In this document: positions 35,778 to 48,908 of the stretch, piece after piece
How the letters are laid out: the number at the start of each line of letters is the position of its first letter
How positions within the stretch are numbered: the stretch's first letter is position 1
NCBI GenBank assembly: GCA_964016885.1
Contig: OZ024740.1
Coordinates: 249,364,001 to 249,428,000, forward strand
Origin: Eledone cirrhosa
Taxonomy: Eukaryota
Direction of reading: 5' to 3'
DNA length: 64,000 nucleotides
Notes under the pieces: model-generated
What the model was told of the DNA's origin: nothing
The model's database searches: none
The model's input: the letters and a program-made list of their open reading frames with translations, nothing else
Position numbers and translations under genes: made by a program

Positions 35778-38700
35778 CTTCTTGTCATCTCCACAAGAGT
35801 GTCAGTTACACATCTTGGCTAGATGTGGTTCTACCACAGCTGAACACATTGCTGTCCTTTCTCATTTTCACACTGCATAGTTTGTATCTGTTCCAAGGGG
35901 CAGTGTCTCACTCACCTTTAGCTCCATTGTTGTTACTAATGGGAGGTTGTTAAGTTTTTCTTCCCAGCAAGTGACTCTTTCACAACTTATGCTTGAAGTT
36001 TCAAGGGGCGTGATACTCCTTAGGAAACTTTTCCTGGATTTAAGGCGTCTTTTGGCTGGCACATGGCTGAAGAGAGGATGTTTTGATCTGTAGTCTGCTG
36101 TTGATGCTCTTTCATGCTTGCTGCACTTTGTCGTATCTCTGGTGGGGCTATGCCTGCCAGGATATACAGACAGTCTGTAGGTGTAGATTTCAGGCAGTCT
36201 GTGATGAGGAAGCAGCTAGAATTGAGGGTGGGATTTATCTTCTGGACATGGACAGCTCGCTCCCATACTAGGCATGCATACTCAGCAGCTGAGTAACAGA
36301 GAGCCAGTGCAGTTGACTTCAGAGTCTGTGGGTTTGCACCCCAGGTTGTGCCAGTAAGCTTGTGGATGATGTTCCTCACATTCACTTAGCTCTTGATCTT
36401 CTCAATGTGGATCTTAAAAGAGAGATCCCTGTCCAGGGTTACACCTAGATAGACTGGGTTCTCAGTGTTAAGCAGGCGTTCCTGACCAGTTGACCTTCAA
36501 TTGGCACTTGGTTTCACGGTTTCGCAGGTGGAAGGCACACACCTGCATCTTGGATGGATTTGCACACTGGTGGTTCTCTTCATAATAAGGTGTTAGTTCT
36601 TCCAGAGCATTGGAGAGTCTATCTTCCACAACTTTGAAATCAGTGTCTTGTGCACCTATGCCAAGATTGTCTGCATAGATGAAGCAGCAGATGTTTGCAC
36701 TTTTTTGTTGGTTGTTGGTGTAGATGTTGAAGAGAAGTGGTGCAAGTGCACTTTCCTGTGGGAAGCCATTCTTGAGTCTTCACCATCTGCTTTTCTTCCC
36801 TCCTAGCTCAACAAAGAAGTGCCTGTTTTCGAGCGTGCTTTCAATCAACTTCATCAGACAGGTGTCTCTTGTGGTCTTGCTAAGGAGACATCTGTCGTTA
36901 ATTGTATCATGGGCAGATGAGAGGTTGACAAACACCACACCGGTTACCATACCTTCCTCATAGCTGTCCTCGATGTACCGGGCAAGGTTGAATAATTGGC
37001 TTGTTGTCAACTTGCCAGGGTGGAAGCCTGCTTGTTCAGGGATGAGGTGTTCAACCTCAAAGGGGCCAATTTTGTTGAGGATCAGGCGTTCAAAGAGCTT
37101 GTAGGTGTGACTCGAAAGTGAGATCGGTCTTAAGTTCTTAGGAGCAGATGGATCTTTCCCTGATTTCAGCAGTGCTATAATGGGAGCAGATGTTGGTGAA
37201 CTTGTATGTTGTTAAGCGCTCATTGTAGAGCTGTAGAAGCCACATCTTTGCCTTGTGATTGAAGTGCTTGATCTGTTTAGTTGCGACATTATCAAGTCCA
37301 ATTGCCTTTCCTGGTTTGAGGGTAGAGATTCCTGCTTCCAGCTCTTCTATGATAAATGGTCTTGTAAAAGCAGGGTCTGCAGTGTATTTCTTGCGGTTTA
37401 GTTTGATATCTTCCCTCTCTTTCCATTCTCTAGCAATTGGTTGGCAGTGACTTTTGGGTGCTGAGGGGCTACTTTAGGATCACCATGTAGCTTGTGAATA
37501 AGTGTCCATGCTTTCTTGCTGTTTTTTCACATGTCCATAAACTCAATAAGATCATTCCAGGTCTTGCTTCATTCTTAGGCAATGCTTTCCATCACCTTCT
37601 TGTCTTGGGCAGTTGTTTCTTCTGAGAAAGGGTCTGCTTCAAACATGCTGATATAGTTGGCATAGAGTCCTGTACATTGCTTGGAAAGACCAGGTATATA
37701 TTCAACTCGTGGGATATGTTTCCGAGCAGTTTTCAGCACTAGGTTAGCAAATAGGTTGTAGTTATTGCTTGTTGGTATTAAATATTTGATCTTCGCTTTC
37801 AGCTCGGTGAAACCTTTCCAGTCTGCTTTCTTGTAGTTGAAATGCCTTTTAAAAGGCAGGATGGTTGAGACTATAGCTGCATTGATTAGGATCCCAAATG
37901 GATGGTATTGGCTTGATGGAATAGGATCCAGCACAGTCTTTTTACACAGTCCAGTGATGTTGCTTGTGACCATGGTAAGATCTGGGTCATAGCCACATTT
38001 CCAACAAGCACTGAAAAACAAGTGTGGTAGCTTGGGGGTCATGGATAAGACTCAGTTGGTTAGTATCCATCCAGTCCTCTACTGCTTCTCCATCCTTGTT
38101 CATTTCAGGGTAGCCCACTGGGTAGTGTGGCTATTGAAGTCACCGATAATGATCTGTAGTTTCCTGGGTACTTTGGGGATTGGCTAGGAAAACATAAAGT
38201 CTACAGGTGGTGTATTATAGACAGATGTTATTACTACACTGCTTAGCTCAACAGATAAGACTTTGATGTCATGGACATTTGACATGCCCGTTTCTTCTAT
38301 AGCTTAGCTTGTTTTTACAAACATAGCACTGCTGTACTGTACTGCTGTACTGTTTTTAGAAACATAGCACTGCTGTACTGCAGATAGGGTCGCTCAACGG
38401 CCAGGAACATTCCAGGTATGATGGGAGGGTCGTTTTCACTCCCTCTGTGCATCTCTTCCAAGCAGAGAACGCCACAGTATTGATTGCTGCTTAGGTCAGC
38501 TAAGATGTTTTGTTTTGCAGAGGAGAGCACTTCAATATTCACAGATATGACTCTCAATGCCGGTCTTGAGGAAGTCCCTCCTTTCTGACATCGATCTCTG
38601 TCTCTATCTCCAGGCATGGTGTTTTTTCTTGGTATTCCATAGTTTTGTGGTTTGTAACATCCAGCGTCAATTTTGGGTGTTTATAACTTATAACTGTTGC

Positions 38701-38803
38701 TTATGATGGTGATAGGATTAGCAGTATCTTGTCGATATAGTTGATCTTGTCAATCTTATTGAAACTCCCAGGACCACGGCGTGGATGCTCCTATCTTGAC
38801 CCC
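35778..38803 (-). mobile_element. Ingi/Vingi-like LINE (APE plus RT, no RNase H seen), 5' end intact, 12-bp TSD
   Basis: ISVNIE..LCLEE, GYDPDL, FNYKKADWKGF, GVVFVNLSSAHDT, LTGTTWGANPQTLKSTALALCYSAAEY; TSD TATAATTCAAGT at 35766-35777 and 38804-38815. Confidence 0.8.
38711..38803 (-). ncRNA. HDV-like self-cleaving ribozyme (slightly decayed) at the LINE 5' end
   Basis: Minus strand GGGGTC(P1) AA GATAGGA(P2) GCA(P3) TCCACGC(L3) CGT(P3') GGTCCT(P1') GG(P1.1) G AGTTTC...GATACT(P4) GCTAA(J4/2) TCCTATC(P2'). Confidence 0.75.
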
Positions 38804-38805
38804 TA

Positions 38806-39551
38806 TAATTCAAGTTAAAATATATATGTAGAGAGAAAATATTTGCTTTGTATATGTGTACAAAATACTATGTGTTTATCAAACAATATGACTCTTTCTC
38901 TACAAATATTTTTTTAACTTGAATTATTGATGCTGGGAACCAAGGTCTATTGAGCTTTTTTATTGAGAAACATGATCATCATATTAAATATGTATTGATA
39001 CATTAATAGAGCATCTAACTACTCCAAATTTATTAATTTGTTGAGTTGCTTCAACTGAGACTGGTACTTCTGAGCTCTTTCTATCAGATATGACGTCCAA
39101 TCCTGTTTATATCTTCCCTGGCCGTTAAACCTTTTTGACACTATGTAGAGTAGAGATTTAAACAAACTCTCTGCTCTTGACAAATATAAAGGTATTTTAG
39201 ACAGTGTGGGATGTATATAAAGAAAATTCCTCTGATGATTAGATCCTTGTCTTCTGTCGCTTTACTAAAATTGATTACGTAGATCGATTGTTCACTTTGT
39301 TTTTTTTTAAACTATGAAACAACATTGTAAGAAAGATAATACTTTTTCCATCTTAAAGTATGTGTATTTTCCTGAATATTATTTTCTTTGTATATGTGTA
39401 CAAAATACTATGTGTTTATCAAACGATATATGACTCTTTCTCCCTTTACACATATATTTTAACTTGAATTATTGATGCTCTGAACCAAGGTCCATTGAGT
39501 TTATTTATTGAGAAACATGGTCATCATATATATTAAATATGTATTGATACA
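38806..39551. repeat. Unclassified element with ~155-bp direct repeats and short inverted repeats
   Basis: ~38846-39002 resembles ~39386-39551; AATTCAAGTTAAAA (38807) is inverted against TTTTAACTTGAATT (~38913 and ~39457). Confidence 0.6.
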
Positions 39552-42500
39552 GTCATAAAAAATGCACGTCCACACACAGTTTATGGACGAAGAGTGGCCG
39601 AAAGACCACCTGCACTTCTGATGTGATGTCACTGGTGTCTCGCTTCTGGTAAGACCTCCCCTGCACTTCCAGCACCCTAACCCTATCATATTACTCGATG
39701 TCAAAGTCCGTCTTCCACTTGAGTGAGTGATGTTCCTGTTGTGATCTCTGCACTTTCATTCTCCTCTTCTCCAAAGTCCATCAAATTAATAACTCTGTAA
39801 AGCATCCAAGATGTGATGCAGCATTCTATTCACAGACACATTGTTTCAGGAATTTACAGCCATTACCGTTCTCTTTTCCCATTGAGATGCGTTACACACA
39901 TTTGGGGGCTTGACCCAGACTTCTTTACCCCCGTGTATGAACGCGTTCTCTCTCTCTTCTATAGGTCATTGTAATAATGTGTATAGATGTCGCCATTCAT
40001 ATCTATATATTGCCCTATGTGGTACCGACTCCTTGGCCTGTCCCATCTGAAGTGACATGTTGAACACCACCTCCTGCCATGGCCTTGATCGTGCAATGGT
40101 GTCTCTCCCTGATCCTATTTCCACTCAGCCTGTACGCCGCTCAAGCATCTTCTTCAGCACCTCTCAGCAAAATTCCATGTTGTTATTCATCAACGGTTCA
40201 TCTCACTTGAAGAATATTTTTTTCAGTGTCCATGCGATTTCCTCTACAGTCCCCATCTTCATCCACCTCCATATTGCCATCCGCCCCAGTCAGAGATAAA
40301 TATCCCCTCTCAGTAATGTGTCACATCCACTGCCAATTGATTTCAGTTGTGCTTCAGTGAGTTGTTACCCGTCTCATGCATGCCTGAGGTGGGGTCGATA
40401 GATTGACATCTGTTGCAACTCCCAACCACTTTCTGGTAATGTTGGAATCAACTTTCCTGGCTAGGAACAGGGTCCTATCCTCTCCCACATGATGTATGAT
40501 ATGCAACTTCCCCAACTCCGAGTCACACAGCCAACACACTGCAGCTTTCCCTTTTATGCATCCTCTGGCATTTCCAGCCAGACTTTCTTCACCCTGGTTA
40601 AGGTCTTCTCCCTATTTTTCTCTGAGGACACAAAGATCACACTCAACTTCAGGTCGAACTCAGCAGTTAGCTCCCCCAGAGTTCCCAGGCAGCACTTTAT
40701 TAGCATTTCTGCTGTCTCTCTTGTTCGCACCTTCCTCTCACTGGTACGCACTGATCTCATCCAGTGGTCGAATAGTACGAGTCTCTATGGTGAGCAAATT
40801 CACTCTCTTCAGCACAGTGTCCAATTCGGCCATGTTCTTGTCTACCAAGATATTGGCGATGTAGGAATTGGTGGCCCTTTCCACCTTGTCCACCTTACCC
40901 AGAATGGCCTTGAGAACTGTTGCCATGATCTTTGGTGTCAAATTCAATCTAAACTCCAGCGTGGTCAAGCAGTATGTCTGGCTGTTATACCTGACCAGTT
41001 GATACTTCCACAGTTTCTCAGCTATGTGTAGCTGTAGATATACCGATTTTAAGTCGACAATCGCAGAGGCCGTCATAATTTGTCTCCACTCTTGCAAGGT
41101 TCCCCCACAGACATCTGTGACCTCACCACCTGTGTGGCATGACACGCATTCTTTCAGTTCCTGAAAGTCCAGTACTGACCTGACCTTGTTCTTCGTTGGT
41201 TGTACTTCCACTGCTGATCATCGAATGCAGGCATGAAATCCTTGTCTTTTATGGTATGAACAGCACATTTTTCTCCATGGATCTCCCTGTTCCTCTGTAG
41301 CTCACTCACGGTGCATGGTGTTCTCGCGCTACCAGCATTACCCCGTCCTCACTGTAACACCTCCTAAGCAGCCAATCGCATCCATGCCCATTACCACATC
41401 AATTCTATCCACCACGTGGTCAATCACGGTTGCCTGCAGCCTTATTTTCATTCCTCGTACTGCCATCTCCACCTCACTGCTACTTCTGCATCTAATCCCC
41501 CTGCTGTTGTGCCCTTACACTACTCATCCTGCTCCACTTTTTAGCCAACTCCAGGGTCACTAATGTCATTGTGCAGCCCGTGTCCACAAGTGCTTGTGAC
41601 AGTCCCCCCTACCATCAGAATTTCTACTATGGGCAGCGACTGCAAGTGCACCTCTACTCGTTTCCAAGGGTAGCTTCTGGGGAAGTAACTCCCCTTTGAT
41701 AATTTTCCTGATTGCAATTGTTAGCAATGTGACCTGCCTGCTCATATCCGTAGCAAATTATTTCAGGCTTCAGCTCCCTGTAGTTCCTTGCCATGTGTGG
41801 ACCCTGACACATGAAGCACTGGCCTCTGAACGGCCACAGCCAAGCATTCCTGGGGGTTCTTCTCCCCTTGTCATTCATCGATCATTGTCGACTGCTATGG
41901 GTTTCTGTCACTGCTAACACTGCAACATTCCGTTCAATGCCACATGTCACTAGGCGACCCTCTGTGATTAGCTCACTCATGGACATTTTGTTGTTGTCTG
42001 GCAACTGTTGGAACCCCACCAAAATTTTGTTGGGGAAACCGTTCACGACCATCATCCGCACAACCCTTTCAAGATTCTCTCCTGTGAATTCGGGTTGTGT
42101 AGCCAACCTCTGGATTTCGGCCGTGAACATGTCCACCTGCTCTCCCATCCACCTCACTTTGTCTAGCTCGGTAAAAGCAACATAAGATCCTTCAGTGAAT
42201 GCTTCCTTGAGACACTGCTCTATCTTCTCTGCTTTCAAATGGTCTGCCTGGTCCATTTCAAAGTATAATACTAATCTGTTGCCATATAGAACAATTCCTG
42301 AGATGTAGAATATGTCTAGTTGATAAATATTTAGTTCCTCTTTACAGGAAAATACGAGGAATATGGAAGAGCTACTCCATAGTACGTCTTATCATCTTGC
42401 TATCCAAGAGAGTTCTCTCTCTGGTGAACCAGGTTTTATAAGGAGGAGGCAACAATGTATTCATACGCGATCTAATACAATTGGTTTGTTTAACCAAATC

Positions 42501-42865
42501 ACATATGAAACATTGTTGTTGCCAGGTATGAAGTAGTCCCCCTTGCCGCTGAAAACTTTGATTGCATCCTTATGCTAACTATTCTTATTTTTGTTGCTAT
42601 ATTGTCTGCAGAAATTAAATTTAAAAAATGGTGCCGAAATAGCTTGTTGTAAGAAACAAAAAAACTAACTTTGTCTCTTCACATGTGTCTGAACTGAATC
42701 TCCCTGTGCAGATTTTCACCTGTTTCATGTTTGGCCAAAGAACATAGTAAGCCGCACACACTCATAAACAGCAGTCATAAAAACACATGTCTGCACACAA
42801 TATAGATAAAGAGACTGGCCACACTTCTGACGTGACGTTACTGGTGCCTCACTTCCAGCATCCAA
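39550..42865 (-). mobile_element. Older relative of the 24947-28234 Gypsy family, with degenerate LTR remnants
   Basis: Gag (EAFTEG, CFMCQGPH), protease ALVDTGCT, QPTKNKVRSVLDF..CHTGGEVTDVCG, integrase remnants; CAGTCATAAAAA..CACTTCTGA(T/C)GTGA(T/C)GT(C/T)ACTGGTG at ~39550-39680 and ~42772-42860. Confidence 0.8.
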
Positions 42866-43052
42866 TAGCCTGAATTATCCCATAATTCCCTTAAGAACCC
42901 GTCATGTTATTACATCTTTATCCCTTTTGTGAAAATTGTATATGAACCTGTATGCTTTTTAATATATAGATAATGTATGTGTGTGGTTATGTGTGTACAG
43001 TATATATACTAGAAATGTTTACCAAGAATAGTAGATTTTATCAGAAAATTAC

Positions 43053-43176
43053 CTTCTGTTGAAATTCATGGAAAGCCCATCTAGTATATAGAAGTAAAAC
43101 AAACTGTCTACATCTGATGTAAGAATATTCTCCAAGAAAATGTCCAAAGTGAGAAAATACACAGAATTTTTATGCT
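43053..43176 (-). CDS. Candidate isolated internal exon of an unidentified gene
   Basis: ttgtttcag acceptor, AAG|gtaatt donor, 124 nt, open frame (E)HKNSVYFLTLDIFLENILTSDVDSLFYFYILDGLSMNFNR; no homology recognised. Confidence 0.25.
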
Positions 43177-43529
43177 CTGAAACAATTATAAATAATACTA
43201 ATAAATTACAGTTTATATATATTGGCATTAACAAGGGTATCTGGCCATAGAAACAATGTAAAAAATGATGCATATGCGCAAGACATGGTAACCTGATCAG
43301 TCAAGCCTAAGTACATGGCAACCCATCTAACCCATTTAAACATGGAAAATAGTTGTTGAATATGAAATATCTACATAGAATGTAGACACATTCAAAACTG
43401 GTGGACATTATACTGTCTTAGATTTCAGATAAACCAGCATTGGTCTGTGGAATGAAATTTCTTCATTCACTGAAAACTAACACTGAAGCAACATTGATGA
43501 CTATGCATCAACCTCTGGGTTGAAAACAG

Positions 43530-43592
<63 letters not shown>

Positions 43593-43637
43593 TTCCAAGA
43601 TAATAATAAATGGAAAATATATTTATAAAACCATATT

Positions 43638-43702
43638 TATTTTATTATATATATTTCAAGGGCGACCAAGCAAAGCTTGGTGCGCTTTCATCAGATAAAA
43701 TA
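43638..43702 (-). ncRNA. Complete type I minimal hammerhead ribozyme with palindromic stem III
   Basis: TATTTTAT-CTGATGA-AAGCGCACCAAGC ttt GCTTGGTCGCCCTT-GAAA-TATATA-TA-ATAAAATA: 8-bp stem I, intact core, bulged stem II, UA cleavage site. Confidence 0.8.
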
Positions 43703-44624
43703 CAAAATTTGTTTTATAAATAATCACATACCCATGGAAATCACACCTTAACGGTCCGAAAATTCGCTGAATAGTGGAAACTTATTATGGGTAATTCAAA
43801 GTTATGTGTGAATATGCAAATGAATGTATGAAAAATTAAAAAAAACAACCGTTTATTTAAATTACGCTAGGGGAGGATGAGGAAAAAGAGAGCGGAAAAA
43901 TTACTGTTATGATATATATAGAGAAATAGAAAGAAGAGAGAAATTTAACAGAGGATTAACTCATATAACGTAAATAAGTCTTAAGTTTATATTAAAGTTA
44001 CGTATATTTAGAAATTATTTTGTTGTTAGAATTCTAATATAATACAATATAATATTAAGTTTTATAGGTATAAAGAAAAAATAGATATATAGAAAAAATA
44101 GATATATAGAAAAAATAAATATATATAAAATATAAGAATATATATTGAAAAATAAATTGAGAATGAATAGATATAAGTAGAAAATAGATAGAAAAATATA
44201 GATAGAAGAATAGATATATGAATAGAGGAATGGATATATGAGTGGATATATGGGTATATTCTGTTATAGATAATTGTTTTAATAAGTTATGAGGGATACT
44301 GGTTTATATTTATATTTAGTGTAAGTAATTAAATTAACTGAGTTAATATGAATATTTATGTTTTTAATATTTTAAATTGGGAAGATAGTGAGAATCCCAA
44401 TTTTGTTTATTTATTAGTTAGTATGAGACCGTTTTGACGAAGATGTGTTTTGAAAGATATATTTAGCCAGAATTAGTTATTGGTTATATTAAAAAATATT
44501 TAAAAATATTAAAAAATATTAAAAATATTAAAATATTTAAAAATATAAACGCATACACATATGGTGTATATATATATATACATATTTACACACATGGTCT
44601 ATATATACATATTTGTATACACAT

Positions 44625-46930
44625 ATCATCATCACCTCCGTCTTATGTTCATTTTCCATGCTAGCATGGGTTAGACGGGTTGTCCTGTTGTGGGCACTCC
44701 TAGGTCAGGTGACCATATCTTGCTCATACTGGTCTGGTTCTGGCTTAGTTTCTCTAGCTGGATGCCTTCCTAACATCAACCTCAATTTACAGTGAGTAGA
44801 GGATGCTTTTTATTGTGATGCCTACATGACCACTTTACAGTGTGGGCTGGGTGCTTTTTGCCATGTTACCATCATGACCACTTTACAGCGTGGGCTAGGG
44901 GGCTTCACTGGAGGCATTTACATTGGCCTGTCCTCCTGGGGGTGTATGGGAGGGTGGGTTGGGGCATACTGTATATATGCTTCGGCTTGTGCTCATGGGA
45001 AATCGGGCCTTCTGTATTATCGCCAGAGATCCCAGTCATGTGTGATCGCCTTTGAGCGCTCTGCACTTTTTTATGCTCATCACATGTCCATACCAACACA
45101 ATCTTCTCTCCTGCACACAGCATTTGATTCCTCTGATACTTAGTTTCTCTCTCAGTTCATTTATGCTTTGCTGTTCATGTATATTACTATTACACATCCA
45201 TTGGAGCATGCAAGCTTCATTTCTTTCCAATCTACGCAAGACTTCTGCACACAGCACCCTGGTCTCACTACCATGCAACATAGCTGTTCATATACATGTA
45301 TCATACAGTCTGCCTTTCATTTTGAAGGAGAAGCCTTTTGTAGCCAGCAGTGGTAGTAGCTTCCTGAACTTCCTCTATCCCGTTCTTACTCTGGCTACTG
45401 TACTTTCAGAACACCCACCACCACTGCTAATTCAGTCACCCAGATAGCAGAAGCTGTCTTCTGTTTCTACAGAGCCCTCCGAGAATTTGTTAGCGCTTGT
45501 TTCCTGCGGTTGTTCCGCTACTTAATGTCCCGGTACAACAGCTACATGTAAAGCCTACATTCTTAGCTAAACTTCCTGAGATCCCACTACATCTCTTGTG
45601 TACCCACATTTTGCATATGGGGCAGAGGATGGAGTTTCTACCTACACCTTTCCTCCATACTGAGCAAGGCCATTTTCCTTAGGAGATCTGGGTTCTGTTT
45701 TCTTTTCTACTTACTAGTCTTTGTCAGGTTGACTTTAAGACACCTTCTTTCTAGCCCCTGTTTCCATGTTTGGAATTTCTTTTCTAGTTCCACCATATAT
45801 TTAGCTATGAGCATAAGATCATCCATGTACAGAAGTTCCCATGGGCAGCCGGTCTTAAACTCCTCCGTTATAGCCTGAAAAATGATAATAAACAAGAGTG
45901 GGCAAAGAACAGAGCCCTGGTGGACGCCAAATTGTACGCTAAATTCCTTGCTATAGTCATTGTTAATCTTGACTTTGCTGACTGCTCCTCTATACATGGT
46001 TTGTACAGCCTTCACAAGCCTCTCATCTACTCCTAGTTTTCTAAGAGCTCACCAAATTATGTCATGGGGCACTCTTTCAAAAGCTTTCTCCAGATCAAAA
46101 AATGCTAGGTAGAGAGGCATATTTTTAGCTAGGTACTTTTCCTGTAACTGTCTCACAAGGAAGAGGGCATCAGTGGTGTTTTTGTCTGGCACAAGTCCAA
46201 ACTGCATCTCATCTAGATTTACCCTGTCCCTAATCAACTGTACTATGACTCTTTCTGTTACTTTCATTACCTGGTCCATCAGCTTTATACCTCTATAGTT
46301 ACCTCTATGAATTTTTTATCCTCCGCTTCCCTTCTAGCAAAGTATACTTGTTGCCTTGCTTCCATCCTGGTCTCTATGTAATGTACCCTGCTCCCCCCAT
46401 TCTTCCATTGCCCCAACCACAGATCTTGTCTGCCGCTTTTAGTAGGTTATTTTTTAGGAACTCCCAATGGTCTTCTACATTGAATGTCGCTATCTGTTCT
46501 TCTTTACTGTCATAGGCGTCAAGTAAAATATCTCTTAATTTGTTACTGGCTGAGGGATCTTTCAGCTTCCAGATCTTTCTTCTCCAGGTTGCCTTTTGTT
46601 TCAAAGTTTGTCTAGCTCTGACAATGAGGTTGCTGACTACTAGGTTGTGTTGGGAGGTGCATTCTTCGTGTTTACAAGCATCCATATATCTCGTCTTCTG
46701 GTAAAAATAAAATCTATCTGGCTAGTAGGCTCCCCAGATCTATAGGTGATCAGGTGGTTGTTGGGTTTTTTGAAGTTTGTGTTACATATCGACAGGTCAT
46801 TGGCGTCACAGAATTCTAGAAGCCTGTAAAATTCTTCGTTTCTTACACCAAACCCGTAGCTTCCGTGGACTCTGTAGAAGCCATCACTAAGTTTCCGTTA
46901 AAGTCCCCAGCAATGAGTGTGCATTAGGGA
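44625..46930 (-). mobile_element. RTE-clade LINE (PHD-insert family), internally deleted copy
   Basis: EMQFGLVP, QLQEKYLAK, DLEKAFERVP, GVHQGSVL, LLYMDD, MLHGSET; homologous to 32850-35755. Confidence 0.87.
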
Positions 46931-47006
46931 CTTGTAAAACATATCCTATACACACACATACACACACACACACATATATTTATATATATAAAGAATAATA
47001 ATAATA

Positions 47007-47194
47007 ATTGTTTCTACTTTAGGCACAAGGCCAGCAATTACCCAGTGCATTACTGGTACTTTATTTTATCGACCCCGTAAGGATGAAAGGCAAAGTCAAC
47101 CTCGGCGGGATTTGAACTCAGATCGTAAAGGGACGTAACTATGCTGGAAAGCATGGTGTCCGACCCTCTACCGATACTGCCAATCCACCGCCCT
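47007..47194 (-). mobile_element. SINE family 1 copy within (AAT)n
   Basis: Homologous to 5364-5547; (AAT)n on both sides. Confidence 0.88.
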
Positions 47195-47321
47195 TATAAT
47201 AATAATAATAATAATAATAACAAACAAGTGTCTATGTCCTACGCATGTAACATGAATATTTAAGTATGGTACTTACTTCTATTTTTATCTGTGAAATGCA
47301 AAACCTCTATTATATAATAAA

Positions 47322-48624
47322 CTAGCAGTGGTACCCGGCGTTGCATGGGATAAGGTATTTTGGGATGCGGGCCGCCAACAGACCTAATCGTGGAAAAACT
47401 GCATGCCTGGACAATATGTAAAAGAAAATAAACCAAATACTCTGATGGCTGGATAATCTTTAAGATTTTCCTCAATGAAGCAGGAAAAATGCAGGTTTTC
47501 AGCTAATGCGGGCCCTAGGGCATCAAGAAAATGAATTTTTTTAATGTGCATAATATACTTTGAAATTTCGGGAAAATCGGCTAGTGTAACGCCTAAAAAA
47601 AGCTCTAAAGAGCTGAAAAAATGAAGTTTTTCACCTAATACGGGCCCTAGACCATAAAAAGTTGGATTTTCTTTGCTCACAGTATGAAGAAGAGACTGAC
47701 TAATACATAGTTACAATTTCAAGGAAATCGGTCTGACGTAACGCCTCAAAATACCCCTAAAAAGCTGAAAAAACCCCGCAATTTTTCACCTAAAAACGTT
47801 TAATTTTTTATGTGCATTACACTCCCTGAGTAACTTTTGTTCTCGTAAAGGCACGTAAGTAAGCAACACTGTGAAAACTGAAGCTATTATAGCGATGTTT
47901 TTCTTTACTGGCTTTAATTTTTAGTGTTGTGTGAAATAAAATAACCTGCAAGCCTGATTTTTTAATTGCAGCAGGATCGACTTTATTTCACTCCCTTCAC
48001 TAAAAGTTGTATTTTCTTTGCTCACAGTATGAAGAAGAGACTGACTAATACATAGCTACCGGCTTTCATTTTTAGTGTTGTGTGAAATATATAACCGCCT
48101 TAGCTTCGCTTAGTATTGCCACAACCACGGCTGGCAAAGAAGTAAGGGTCTGGTGGTACATAAGTAAGCAACACTGTGGCTTAAAACGTGAGTTGTGTGT
48201 ACTTACCAACTGTTTGGAGAATAAGTGTGAGATTTGTCTTGAGCAAGGGTGGCAGAATAACTGGAGGAAGCAGACAGCCAGACATACAGACAGATATTAT
48301 AAGGGCGCGTTCTGGGCGGAGAGGGAATTGTGGGAAGTAACGTAATGCAGACAGCCAGACATACAGACAGATATTATAAGGGTACAACGTTATATGTATG
48401 TATCTATCTAAAAAGAGAAAGACTAAGAATTATAGGGATCGCTAAATCGCCTAATGCGGTCCCTAGGGCATTGAAAATTTGAAATTTGTTTTGTTCAGAA
48501 TACTCCCTGAAACATAAGTATTACATGTGTAAAGTTTGAAAACAGACGGTTGGGTGCTTCTCGAGTTTTAGGGATTCAAACTCACACACACACAGACAGA
48601 CATCCTCAGTTTTATATATATAGA
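47322..48624 (-). mobile_element. Non-autonomous Helitron (composite)
   Basis: Minus-strand 3' end CCCATGCAACGCCGGG..CTAG(T); 5' end TCTATATATATAAA; homologous to 62685-63232. Confidence 0.8.
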
Positions 48625-48908
48625 TAAAATATTCTAAGTATGGCAATTATTTTTCTCAAACATTTTCCCCTTAATTTCACATTTGAAAAACTGCATCTCA
48701 CAATGTATACGTATCATTAAACACCTCGCATAAATCATCATTCTCCTACTCTGAACACAGTAAAATAATTGCATATTCATTGTACTCTTGATGATGATCT
48801 TCACTTTGTAAACTGTTAAAGTATACTTTTAGTATAATATACTTGTCTTCTGGCAATGTAAACCTGATTATTTTGGTATTTCTATAAATTAATTTGTAAC
48901 TTTTTCTG

